Source of the DNA: an uncultured archaeon
GTDB taxonomy: Archaea; Micrarchaeota; Micrarchaeia; Norongarragalinales; CABMDW01
Reading direction: 5' to 3'
Assembly (NCBI GenBank): GCA_902385045.1
Contig: CABMDW010000108.1
Location: 1 to 36,717, forward strand
DNA: 36,717 bases
This document shows positions 1 to 9,477 of this stretch, piece by piece; position 1 is the stretch's first letter, and each line of letters starts with the position of its first letter. A program made the translations under genes and the position numbers. Under the pieces are notes generated by a model, which was not told where the DNA came from, ran no database searches, and saw only the letters and a program-made list of their open reading frames with translations.

Positions 1-1644
1 GTTCCTTACTTTCTTTCCTAAAGATTCATTAGAATCTTCAACTACCGTTCTAAAACCTAATTGCCTTAAATGAGCACCTAATTTCAATGCTTCATCAGTT
101 TGCTTATCAGAAACAGGAATAATGAATACTTGAACTGGAGACAACCAAAATTCATATTCTGGAGTTGTAGTATTAAGTTTTGCTCCTTCTCGTTCTAATA
201 CAGCATAAACAACTCGTTCTACTGCTCCTGAAATTGAAGCGTGCAAAATTATTGGTTTTGCCTTCTTACCTGAATCATTAATATAATTCAAGTCAAAAGT
301 TTCTCCATTTTCAACGTCAATCTGCACTGTACTCAAAGCAGTTGCTTTCATACTTGAGTCAATGAAATTCATTTCAAATTTAGTGATAAAGTAAGCATAT
401 CTCTTGTCAAACACTTCAAACAAAACAGGCTTCTTGAATTTCAAAACCATTTTCTTATAAAACTCCATGTTTTCTTCTAAAAAGTCTTTCTGAACTCTAA
501 AAGCTAATTCTACTGGAATGTGAAATTCTTCATTCCAAGACCTACATAATTCGTATTGTCTTTCAAATTCTTTCTTTGACTGTTCTAAGTCAGCACACAT
601 AGTATGCATGTCTGGCATCGTAAATGCTCTCAATCTCTTTAGACCAGCCAATTCTCCTGATTGTTCTCTCCTGAAGGAATAATGAGTTAATTCATAAATC
701 TTAAATGGAAGAATCTTATAAGTCAAAACAGAATCATGGGCAATCAAAAATTGTCCGAAACAAGCTGAGAATCTTAAGAAGAATTTTCTCTCATCGCTTT
801 GAATAGTATATTGTCTTGCTGGAAATCTATTCAAATACTTTACTAGAGCAGGATGTGCGTAATCATACATTATTGGAGTTTCAACTCTTGACGCTCCATA
901 ATTTACGCAAATTCTTGATACTTCCTCTTCGATAATTTTCTTCATCACATGACCCTTAGGAAGCCATCTGAAGTGTCCAGAATCTGAAGCAGGTTCATAC
1001 GAAACTAAGCTTTGCTCCTTCATTAGTTTAATGTGAACAGGTTCAGTCGAATAAGCTCTAACTTTCTTTAATTCATAATCATAGAATGCTTTCAAACCAT
1101 AATTGTTTCCAAAATCAAAATTACTGGCTTCAACTAGTTGTCCGTTCTCATTCATGACATATAAAATGCTTTTTACTTCTGATTCTGTTTTCAAACTCTG
1201 AGATTCAATTTCTTTACTTAGAGAAGTATCTTTGGTAATTGTTTTGCTCAATTCGCTTAAAGGATGTCCTAAACAATTTATTGAAAAACTCTTGTACCAA
1301 CCAAAAGGACTTTTGTAGACTTCAAAATTCTTTGACTTTAATAATTCATAAAATTTGGCTAAAAGTTTCTTAGCAACATCAGGTTTTGCTAAATTACTAG
1401 ACAAATGAGCATAAGGATAAAGCAAAATTCTTTGAGCCTTGACTTTATCGAAATCGTCTGAAACAAAACTAACTGCTTTATTCAAAATTTCATCATTATC
1501 TTCACTTTCAACGCTAGTAAAGACGACTAAAACATTTTCAAGATTTTTACTCTTGTTTTCTTCATCAATTTCATCACATGAATTTAAAGCCTTATTTCTA
1601 ACTTCATAGGATGCTTTAGAACAGTGAACCTGTAGTAATTTCAT
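1..1644 (-). CDS. thrS: Threonyl-tRNA synthetase, archaeal type (3' end runs off the window)
   Basis: Not in the ORF track; translated by hand from ATG at 1644: MKLLQVHC...LLYPYAHLSS...SPFGWYKSF...GHPLSELS (archaeal editing domain), LRFSACFGQF, GELAGLKRLRAFTMPDMHT, WLSPVQVFIIPVS. No in-frame stop seen. Confidence 0.96.
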   Translation of the reverse strand, partial: MKLLQVHCSKASYEVRNKALNSCDEIDEENKSKNLENVLVVFTSVESEDNDEILNKAVSFVSDDFDKVKAQRILLYPYAHLSSNLAKPDVAKKLLAKFYELLKSKNFEVYKSPFGWYKSFSINCLGHPLSELSKTITKDTSLSKEIESQSLKTESEVKSILYVMNENGQLVEASNFDFGNNYGLKAFYDYELKKVRAYSTEPVHIKLMKEQSLVSYEPASDSGHFRWLPKGHVMKKIIEEEVSRICVNYGASRVETPIMYDYAHPALVKYLNRFPARQYTIQSDERKFFLRFSACFGQFLIAHDSVLTYKILPFKIYELTHYSFRREQSGELAGLKRLRAFTMPDMHTMCADLEQSKKEFERQYELCRSWNEEFHIPVELAFRVQKDFLEENMEFYKKMVLKFKKPVLFEVFDKRYAYFITKFEMNFIDSSMKATALSTVQIDVENGETFDLNYINDSGKKAKPIILHASISGAVERVVYAVLEREGAKLNTTTPEYEFWLSPVQVFIIPVSDKQTDEALKLGAHLRQLGFRTVVEDSNESLGKKVRN

Positions 1645-1724
1645 TTTAATAATTAAGGTGAAAAGACTTTAAGTTACTTTCCGAAAAAGTAAAATGTTAA
1701 AAAGAATTCCTACGTAGACAATTC

Positions 1725-2045
1725 ATGACGGATAATAACATCACTAAAACTGAAGCCAAGGAATTGAAGAACAAAGTTCAAGAATTAATTGAAAGAAACA
1801 AAGAATACAATCTCGAAGTCAGAAAAACTACGATAACAACTATTGCCGGAGCTTTGACTTTAGTAGCAGGATTATTTTGGCAGGATGCAATAAAACAAGG
1901 AATCGGAGATTATCTTCCGGCAGGAAATTCGTTTACTGCAAAAATAGTCATAGCATTGATAATAACAGTAATTTTTGCAACAATAATAGTAATTCTAAAT
2001 AAGTCATTGCAGAAAACTTTAGAAAAGAAAACTGATGTTAAGTAG
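1725..2045 (+). CDS. Small two-TM membrane protein, DUF5654-like
   Basis: IAGALTLVAGLFWQDAIK followed by a second hydrophobic helix; resembles the DUF5654 A-x-W-x-D-A-I pattern by eye. Confidence 0.6.
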   Translation: MTDNNITKTEAKELKNKVQELIERNKEYNLEVRKTTITTIAGALTLVAGLFWQDAIKQGIGDYLPAGNSFTAKIVIALIITVIFATIIVILNKSLQKTLEKKTDVK

Positions 2046-2657
2046 AGCTTTTTTAAAATCAACTTCAATTGCTCTTCCACTATCAAATAATTTGCTCATG
2101 TTATCGTCATTCATAATTCTATTTGATCCTTCTACCTTAGAATTATTGATTACTTCCAAAATCGGAAAACCATGTTTTTGAATTAATGACTTGGTTTCTC
2201 CAGCAATTTTTTCTGAAATAAGAGTATCTTGTTTTACAATTACTACTAAATCCCATTGAGTTTCTTCCAGCAAAGTTATTACTGCATCGCTAGTTCCGGG
2301 AGGAGCATCCGCAATCAAAAACTTAATGTCTTCCATTAAAGTATTGCCAAACAATTGTCTAATTGCACTAGTAATCATTGGACCTCGCCAAGCAACAGTA
2401 GAATCGTGTTGAATTAAGTCTATAGAGACGACTCCAAGATTTGGATTAACACTAACGGGAATCAAATAATTTCTTGAATCAAGGTTTTCAACTTTCATTC
2501 GCTCATTTAATCCTAAGTAATGCGGAATACTGGCTCCCGTAATATCACAATCCAATAATATTGTCTTTCCCTGAGAAGCATAAAATAAAGATAAGAGCAC
2601 TGAAATCGTGCTTTTTCCTACTCCGCCCTTTCCAGAACAAACTAAAATCTTTTTCAA
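2019..2657 (-). CDS. Mrp/ApbC/NBP35-family P-loop ATPase lacking the C-terminal CxxC
   Basis: Deviant Walker A SGKGGVGKS, LDCDITGASIP, WRGPM, DAPPGTSD; TTG start. Confidence 0.85.
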   Translation of the reverse strand: MKKILVCSGKGGVGKSTISVLLSLFYASQGKTILLDCDITGASIPHYLGLNERMKVENLDSRNYLIPVSVNPNLGVVSIDLIQHDSTVAWRGPMITSAIRQLFGNTLMEDIKFLIADAPPGTSDAVITLLEETQWDLVVIVKQDTLISEKIAGETKSLIQKHGFPILEVINNSKVEGSNRIMNDDNMSKLFDSGRAIEVDFKKALLNISFLF

Positions 2658-2718
2658 GCAATAAACCTACAAATATAATTAGGTTTTATCAAATAAATTA
2701 ATACAGAGTGAAAAGTAA

Positions 2719-4020
2719 ATGATGAAAGAACATTATATTTCAGAAGTACCCTTAAATCAAGAAACAACCATTGCAGGTTGGGTGCATGAAGTTCGTGACA
2801 CTAAAAACTTTTTATTCTTCGTCTTAAGAGATAAAACTGGAAAAATTCAAGTAACAATTAAGAAAGGAGAAAACGAATTATCAGAAAAAGCAATAAAACT
2901 TGTTAGAGAAGACTGCATTCAATTGAAAGGAATTTCAAAAGAAAGCAAGATTGCTAATGCAGGAATAGAATTTGTTCCAACCGAATTAACTGTCTTGGGA
3001 AAAGTCGAAGGAATAGTTCCAATTGATGTTACTGGCAGAGTAGCTGCAGAATTAGATACTAGATTAGATTATAGAAGCATAGACTTGAGAAGAGACAAGA
3101 TCAAATCAATTTTCAAAATAAAATCAAAAGTAGTACAAGAATTCAGGAATTATCTTTCTTCAAGAGATTTTGAAGAATTGCACGTACCAAGCATTTTAGG
3201 TTCAAGCACTGAAGGTGGAACTGAATTATTTGAAATAAAATATTTTGAAAAGAAAGCTTATTTGTCACAATCCCCGCAATTATACAAACAACTGGCAGTA
3301 TTAGGAGGATATGACAAAGTATACATTACTACTCCAGTTTTCAGAGCTGAAAAACACAATACGTTAAGCCATTTGAATGAATGCATGCAATTGGATATTG
3401 AAATGGGCTTCTGCGACAATAATGATGCAATGAAAGTACTTGGAGAGACGTTTATTGCAATGCTTAAGAAAGCAAGTGAAATGCAGAAAGAATTAGAAGC
3501 CATTGGAACTCAAATTAAACTTCCGAGTGAAGAAGTTCCAATAGTAACTTACAAGGAAATAATCGAAAGACTGCAAAAAATAGGTTCAAAAACTCAAGAC
3601 GGCGAAGACTTAAGCAAGGACGACGAAAAACTCATTTACGAAAAACTTGGATACGAGTACGTAATAATAAAAGATTATCCGACAAAAGTAAGAGCATTTT
3701 ATTCATTACCATACTTAGACGGAGAATCTGAATACAAGAATAAAGAATATTGTAAGAGTTACGATTTAATCTACAGAGGAACTGAAATTTCTTCTGGAGC
3801 CCAAAGAATCCACGATCCTCAACTACTAACGGATCAAATAAAAGAAAAAGGATTGAATCCTGAAGACTTCAAAGGATACATTGATTCATTCAAATACGGT
3901 TCATGCCCGCATGCAGGCTGGAGTATTGGAGCGGAAAGAATAACAATGAAAATATGTAATCTGGAAAACATTCGGGAAGCGGTATTGTGGCCTAGAGACC
4001 GAGTGCGAATCACTCCTTAG
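2719..4020 (+). CDS. aspS: Aspartyl-tRNA synthetase, archaeal type (probably non-discriminating)
   Basis: GWVHEVRD, ELDTRLDYRSIDLRR, YLSQSPQLYKQ, FRAE, EISSGAQRIH, GWSIGAER, PRDRVRITP. His in GWVHE is typical of non-discriminating enzymes. Confidence 0.97.
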   Translation: MMKEHYISEVPLNQETTIAGWVHEVRDTKNFLFFVLRDKTGKIQVTIKKGENELSEKAIKLVREDCIQLKGISKESKIANAGIEFVPTELTVLGKVEGIVPIDVTGRVAAELDTRLDYRSIDLRRDKIKSIFKIKSKVVQEFRNYLSSRDFEELHVPSILGSSTEGGTELFEIKYFEKKAYLSQSPQLYKQLAVLGGYDKVYITTPVFRAEKHNTLSHLNECMQLDIEMGFCDNNDAMKVLGETFIAMLKKASEMQKELEAIGTQIKLPSEEVPIVTYKEIIERLQKIGSKTQDGEDLSKDDEKLIYEKLGYEYVIIKDYPTKVRAFYSLPYLDGESEYKNKEYCKSYDLIYRGTEISSGAQRIHDPQLLTDQIKEKGLNPEDFKGYIDSFKYGSCPHAGWSIGAERITMKICNLENIREAVLWPRDRVRITP

Positions 4021-4059
4021 CATTAAAAAAGAATTACTGAATAATTATTTGAGTTTACA

Positions 4060-5127
4060 ATGGAAACATCACTAATACTTTTAACAATAATTTCAAGTTG
4101 CGTAGGATTCATAGTTAGTTTTTTACTAATTCCAAAATTCAAGACATTTCTTCACAACATTGACATTCTAGCAATCGATCAACAAAAAAAGGAAAAACCG
4201 AGGATAGCAACTTCAGGTGGAATTCCTATTGCAATAGGATTTTTCACTGCAATAATGGTCTTCTTAATACTAAAAACATATTTTCCACTAACCTTTAATT
4301 TTAACATTAATTACGATTACATTTTAGCTGCGTGCTTAACATCTTTGTTCATTGCATTGGTTGGTTTCTTTGATGACATTTACTTGAAAAAAGTAAAAAC
4401 AAAAACAAACGATACTGCAGAATACAGGATAGGATTAAGCCAATGGATGAAACCGTTAATAACATTACAAGCAGCACTTCCCTTGGTAGTAATAATCAAT
4501 AATTATTCTAATCTAGCGATTCCATTTATAGGAAAAATTGAATTGGGAGTTATAATTCCATTAATAATAATTCCAATAGTAATCATGGGAGTAAGCAATG
4601 CTTTCAACATGTTTGCAGGGAAAAATGGTTTGGAAGCAGGATTAGGAATTCAAGCATTCTTATTTCTCGGATTAATAGGAATAACTCTCGGAAAAAATGA
4701 AATGACATTATTGTGTTTTATTTCAATGGCTTGTCTTCTAGCTTTCTTAAAATTCAACTGGTATCCGGCTTCAATATTGCCTGGAGATTCTCTAACGTAC
4801 TTTACTGGAGGAGCTTTTGCCTCAGCAATAATTTTAGGTGGAAGTCAAGTAATTTTTTATGCAGGAATAATATTCATTCCATGGATTCTAGAAGCAATAC
4901 TAAAATTACGTGGCAACTTCAAGAAAAAGAGTTTAGGAGAATTACAGAAAGACGGTACGTTAAAAGCCCCATATGATAAAATCTATTCATTAAATCATAT
5001 TGTAATGAAGATCCCAGAATGGTTTGATATGAAAAGAAGGTTCAAGGAAAGCGAAATTGCAGTCATACTAATCAGTTTTGCAAGTCTATTTTCGTTAGCA
5101 GCATTTATTTTAGTTACAATATTATAA
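4060..5127 (+). CDS. aglH: UDP-GlcNAc:dolichyl-phosphate GlcNAc-1-P transferase (GPT/AglH, MraY/GT4 family)
   Basis: Polytopic membrane protein with GFFDD, NAFNMFAGKNGLEAG and FNWYPASILPGDS motifs. Confidence 0.88.
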   Translation: METSLILLTIISSCVGFIVSFLLIPKFKTFLHNIDILAIDQQKKEKPRIATSGGIPIAIGFFTAIMVFLILKTYFPLTFNFNINYDYILAACLTSLFIALVGFFDDIYLKKVKTKTNDTAEYRIGLSQWMKPLITLQAALPLVVIINNYSNLAIPFIGKIELGVIIPLIIIPIVIMGVSNAFNMFAGKNGLEAGLGIQAFLFLGLIGITLGKNEMTLLCFISMACLLAFLKFNWYPASILPGDSLTYFTGGAFASAIILGGSQVIFYAGIIFIPWILEAILKLRGNFKKKSLGELQKDGTLKAPYDKIYSLNHIVMKIPEWFDMKRRFKESEIAVILISFASLFSLAAFILVTIL

Positions 5128-5147
5128 ACTAAATAGAGGTTTAGTAA

Positions 5148-5594
5148 GTGAAGTTAGTTTACAAAATAATAATCGGAATAATCGTATTTTTTGCAGTAAT
5201 ACTTACTAGTTTCTTCTACTATGCCGGCGCAAGATTATACAACGCATTCCAAGGCAATCCGCCTGGAACTTTCAACAATACTTTGGCCTTAGAAATTCCG
5301 TTAGCATTAATTCAAAATTATAATAGAACATTGAATCATACGATTCCATATGAATGTGATTCAAGAAATCCATATTATTCAAATTCAAACTATTCACTAA
5401 TCCCATGCATTAATTCATTAAAAATAAATGAAACCCTGAAAAACATTTGCTTGGAAAAACAAAAACTCATAGAAAACGTAATAATCCAAAGAAGAGGCTA
5501 TTCGAAAATACAATTAGGTTGGACTTCAATGATTGATCAGAAAGTTTTCGAAATAAACGATTGCTTGGATTTAATCAGCAATTACTCAAGGTAA
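5148..5594 (+). CDS. Hypothetical N-terminally anchored extracellular protein
   Basis: Single N-terminal TM helix, four Cys and several N-x-S/T sequons; GTG start with GAGGT upstream. Confidence 0.65.
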   Translation: MKLVYKIIIGIIVFFAVILTSFFYYAGARLYNAFQGNPPGTFNNTLALEIPLALIQNYNRTLNHTIPYECDSRNPYYSNSNYSLIPCINSLKINETLKNICLEKQKLIENVIIQRRGYSKIQLGWTSMIDQKVFEINDCLDLISNYSR

Positions 5595-6713
5595 GAAATC
5601 TTGATTCTTAATCTTTTCAGGCAAGTAAGTATTTGAAATATATTGCAAGTTCTTTGAAGACAAAGACTGAATTTCTGCTTTAATCTTTAGATCTAAGAAC
5701 TTATTGATTTCAGTCTGCCATTCTTTGTACTTGAACCACTCGTAGCTCTTCATTTCTTGAGCTCTTTTTATGTCCACTTCCTTTGCTTTGATAGTTACTG
5801 CCTTCAAATCATAGTGTTCAATATCAGAAATACTCATTCCCAAGAATTTAGCTTCCCTGCATCCGAGTCTTTCCGATTCATGAGCTAAAGCCATTGAACC
5901 ATATTTCATTGTAGAGTAAATATACCATCCATAAGGATCCGCGTCTGTTAAAATGTAAATTGGAAGTTTTAATTCCGTGGATAATCTCTGTAAGAATCGT
6001 CTTGCTCCTCTTGCAGCTTGTCCTGCAGTAGTCATTATCAAACTATTATTCTTCTGCCAGAATTTGTCTTCGTTTAACCTGTCGAAAATCGCATTTTTTT
6101 CTGCTACTAGAACATAATCAACATCTACTTTCTTGAAATTAATTTGCTCTACAATTGACGGTACAGACCAACCCCCTGAACCCATTTTGCTCAAGTCAAT
6201 TAAGTCGACTTTATCTCTTACTCTGTCTTCGACAGTCATGTTTCCAGCCATTCTGCCTTTAGGTTCTGCTCTTAAGTTTAATCTTTCTCTGAAAGTTTCC
6301 AAGGCTACTTCAAAATCTACTATTGCCAAGTCAGATTCTTTCTGTTCGTCAATAGTATCTTCTTTAGTTCCTTCAATCGTGTGCTTTTTGGCATAATATA
6401 AGTCTCGAAGTGTTGCAGTTAATTCGTTTGCTAGCAAATCTTTTTGAACATAAGATGCGACTAACATTGTTTGCATAAATCTTCTCGCGTGGGCTACATT
6501 GAAGAGGGATCGTTTAGCCATTTTGTCTCCGAGAATAATCTTTTGTTGTGATTCGTCAAAATGAACGTTAGCACTTCCTCTAATTGGAATATCCAAATGA
6601 GGATTATCCATTGCTTCTATTTGACTGATTAACTTTTCTCCCAAAGCTTTTATTTTTAGTGAAATGTCTTCAGTATTTCGTTTATTAGTTTTTTCTTGCG
6701 ATCTTGCTGCCAT
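5586..6713 (-). CDS. top6A: DNA topoisomerase VI subunit A (Spo11-like)
   Basis: TLRDLYY (catalytic Tyr), VAEK, TDADPYGWYIY (TOPRIM DxD), KAEIQ. Confidence 0.97.
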   Translation of the reverse strand: MAARSQEKTNKRNTEDISLKIKALGEKLISQIEAMDNPHLDIPIRGSANVHFDESQQKIILGDKMAKRSLFNVAHARRFMQTMLVASYVQKDLLANELTATLRDLYYAKKHTIEGTKEDTIDEQKESDLAIVDFEVALETFRERLNLRAEPKGRMAGNMTVEDRVRDKVDLIDLSKMGSGGWSVPSIVEQINFKKVDVDYVLVAEKNAIFDRLNEDKFWQKNNSLIMTTAGQAARGARRFLQRLSTELKLPIYILTDADPYGWYIYSTMKYGSMALAHESERLGCREAKFLGMSISDIEHYDLKAVTIKAKEVDIKRAQEMKSYEWFKYKEWQTEINKFLDLKIKAEIQSLSSKNLQYISNTYLPEKIKNQDFLP

Positions 6714-6744
6714 AATCTTAAATCATCCTCATATAATCAAAAAT

Positions 6745-7503
6745 TCAATATTTTACAGAACCTCCATTTTCAAGTATTTTTATTCCAGAATATTCTTTTT
6801 CTTTAAGCAATTTTAATAATTCTTCCTTTGGTTCATCTATAGTATCTAAAGCCAATCTAAATGTACCCCAATGAATTGGAATCATGTTTAAAGCTCTTAA
6901 ATCTTCATAACATTTCAAACCATGTTTTGGATTCATGTGAATAAACCAATTCAAGAAATACGGTTTATAACAACCAATCTGTATTAATGCCAAATCAATA
7001 CGATCTTTCGAAAGTTCTTTTTTAAAATAATCCCAGTACGCAGTATCACCGGTAAAGTAAACATTCTTTTCTCCTCGAATCATATAACCCGCGCACTTTG
7101 TTGGGAAAATTGCGGGAAGCCTGTAAGCAACATGTCGAGCCTTGGTCAATTCAAATTCAACTCCTTCAACAGTATATTTTTCTCCATAATCCAATTCAAC
7201 GTAATTTAACAAACCTTCTCTTTTCAAAAATTTTCCAGTTCCAACGGGAGCTAAAATCAATGTATGCGGATTCGCATTTGAAAGCAGTTTAAGAGATGGA
7301 AAATTCAAATGATCATAATGAACATGACTTATGGGAATAACATCAATCTTCGGAAGTTTTTCAAAAGGAATTCCTGGTTGTCTTGATCTTTTAATGAAGA
7401 AAGCATAATTGGTCAGATGTGGATCAGTCAAGTAAGTAATTTTTTCTTCGACTAAAACTGTGGAATGACCAACAAATGAAACTTTCAAATTATTAAACAC
7501 CAA
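6745..7503 (-). CDS. Metallo-beta-lactamase-fold hydrolase (RomA/NAPE-PLD-like)
   Basis: GHSTV, LTDP, SHVHYDH, YFTGDT, HMNP, PIHWGTF. Confidence 0.9.
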   Translation of the reverse strand: MVFNNLKVSFVGHSTVLVEEKITYLTDPHLTNYAFFIKRSRQPGIPFEKLPKIDVIPISHVHYDHLNFPSLKLLSNANPHTLILAPVGTGKFLKREGLLNYVELDYGEKYTVEGVEFELTKARHVAYRLPAIFPTKCAGYMIRGEKNVYFTGDTAYWDYFKKELSKDRIDLALIQIGCYKPYFLNWFIHMNPKHGLKCYEDLRALNMIPIHWGTFRLALDTIDEPKEELLKLLKEKEYSGIKILENGGSVKY

Positions 7504-7504
7504 A

Positions 7505-9361
7505 TCATTCTTCAGCAGAATCTCCTAAATCTTCGTCGGAGTTCAACTCATCTTCACTTTCATCTTTAGCTTCAAGAAGAGCGGTTCGGTCTTTAGCTAT
7601 CTTTGAAAGCTTGTCTTTTAATTTTTCTTTGCTTACTCCGGTTATATCATGCAAGCAAGCAACTACTTCACCAATGTAACGCATGAAAATGCTTCTTCTT
7701 TCTTCTTGATCGGCTAATTTTTGTAGAGAGTGAATGTAAATTGAAACTTCACGAGCACATTCCATTAAAGCATTCCTGATTTCAACTACTATTTCCTCTT
7801 CAGAAGAAATAGCTAATTTTCCTGCTCCAGTGTAAGGAACGTAAACTGAAACAAAGTTAACAAAAATAGATACGGGCTGATGATCAATATCTTTCAAATC
7901 ATAGCGATTCCAGTCAATTGTTTTAACTGCTTCAGTAATAGCACAATTTCCAGCGTCAAATAATAAAGGGGTTCTGTTTGCAAACCTTAGAATTTCAACT
8001 CCTTTGCCTTCTTGTCCCAAAGTGCTTCCAGCTTCTCCTCCGAAAGCAACTGCAGCTTCAACTAAGAATGGAATTCCTCCTCTAAAAACTCTGGCTTTTC
8101 TTTCAACTACTTTCAATTGCTCTGGTTTTAGTAAACTAGTCAAACTCTTTTTAATTTGTTCTTCTCCGATTGGAACAAGAGTGTCAACTTCAGGAGCAAT
8201 CCACTTCACTTTTTGAAATTGCTGTACTAGTTTTTCAGCTTCAGTCCATTGTAATGAAGAAGGAGTTTTCTTAAAATCAATTTTGGTGAGTGCTTCTAGT
8301 TCTTTTACTTTATCATTTGAAAATCTTGAAAATTCAGTAGTAAAGAAACCACTTAACGATCTTGCTTTAGTACTGGAAATCATGTCCATTAAATCTGAAA
8401 CATTCATTCCAAGAGCATGAGGTAAAGCTGCTTTTGGTTTTTGAGGAATTTCCTTTATGGACCTTGGAAATACTACTACATTGCCAGTTGGTTCGATTAG
8501 AGTAAGTTGAGCATGAGGGTTTGCAAGGGCAGTTCTTCTCAAATATTCGTAAACAGAATATTCTGATTTATTATAACCTACTTCAGCAAATTCACAAGTT
8601 ACTTTTACTCCCCTGAATTTTCCGGCATATTCTTTTTCATTGGTAGTGACTGGATCATTTGTTTTAACGTCAATAGATAAATCACATTCGTAAACCTTGC
8701 CATCACCGATACCACTTTTAACGTGAGTTGGTTTTCCGGTAGTCATTGAACCGAATAATACTGCGTAGGCAGCTCCGATTCCTTGTTGTCCTCTTTTTTG
8801 TTTTCTTTTATGAAATTTTGTTCCAGCCAATAATTTTCCGAAAGCCTGTCCTACATTTTTCTTTGGAACTCCAGTTCCGTTATCTTCAACGCTAACTTTA
8901 ATGTGACCAGTCGCGTATTTTGCAATAATAGTATTGCCTACAGGAAGAGGAGCTTTCAAAATTATTACTTTAACTGATTCTTTGCCTTTTCTTTCAGTTT
9001 TAATGCTATAATCTACTTTATTTTGAAGCATTATTCCATTAGAATAAAATTCATACATGTCTGCTTCTAAAACTTCTTGAGGAATTTCAAACAAAGCTTT
9101 TCCGCCGTCACCTGAAGCAATTACTTCTTCTCTTTTAGCAGCAGCAACTTCTTCTAATTCAACTAGGATTTCTGGAAGAATTTCTCCTTCTTCACAAGCA
9201 TCAAGAGAATTAGTGACAAATTCGTGAACTATAGTGGTTAAAGATCTTATTTTTCCAGAGTAACCAAGCATTTGCCTGTTTCTCTTGAAAAATTCAGCTA
9301 CACTGTATTCTCTAAATTCTTTACTTAATTGTTCTTCAGATACATCATTTTTGTCGGCCAT
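7505..9361 (-). CDS. top6B: DNA topoisomerase VI subunit B with an ~80-aa insertion
   Basis: SVAEFFKRNRQMLGY, EFVTNSLDA, EDNGTG, RGQQGIG, RFANRTPLLFD, PYTGAGK. Start placed at ATG 9361 with GAGTG upstream (track starts at 9373). Confidence 0.96.
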   Translation of the reverse strand: MADKNDVSEEQLSKEFREYSVAEFFKRNRQMLGYSGKIRSLTTIVHEFVTNSLDACEEGEILPEILVELEEVAAAKREEVIASGDGGKALFEIPQEVLEADMYEFYSNGIMLQNKVDYSIKTERKGKESVKVIILKAPLPVGNTIIAKYATGHIKVSVEDNGTGVPKKNVGQAFGKLLAGTKFHKRKQKRGQQGIGAAYAVLFGSMTTGKPTHVKSGIGDGKVYECDLSIDVKTNDPVTTNEKEYAGKFRGVKVTCEFAEVGYNKSEYSVYEYLRRTALANPHAQLTLIEPTGNVVVFPRSIKEIPQKPKAALPHALGMNVSDLMDMISSTKARSLSGFFTTEFSRFSNDKVKELEALTKIDFKKTPSSLQWTEAEKLVQQFQKVKWIAPEVDTLVPIGEEQIKKSLTSLLKPEQLKVVERKARVFRGGIPFLVEAAVAFGGEAGSTLGQEGKGVEILRFANRTPLLFDAGNCAITEAVKTIDWNRYDLKDIDHQPVSIFVNFVSVYVPYTGAGKLAISSEEEIVVEIRNALMECAREVSIYIHSLQKLADQEERRSIFMRYIGEVVACLHDITGVSKEKLKDKLSKIAKDRTALLEAKDESEDELNSDEDLGDSAEE

Positions 9362-9477
9362 TAAAAAAATCACTCTTTTTTAAAAATCAAACAGAATTTT
9401 GATTAGTAATAATATAATATTGACTAATTAAGTCTAGAGGAATTAAAAAAACTTTGCTCCAATAAGTTTATTAAAAA

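Noticed and set aside
8909..9145. Intein or intron as the explanation for the Top6B insertion
   Set aside because: No Cys/Ser...His-Asn/Cys-Ser-Thr splice junctions, shorter than typical mini-inteins, and the frame is open with protein-like content.
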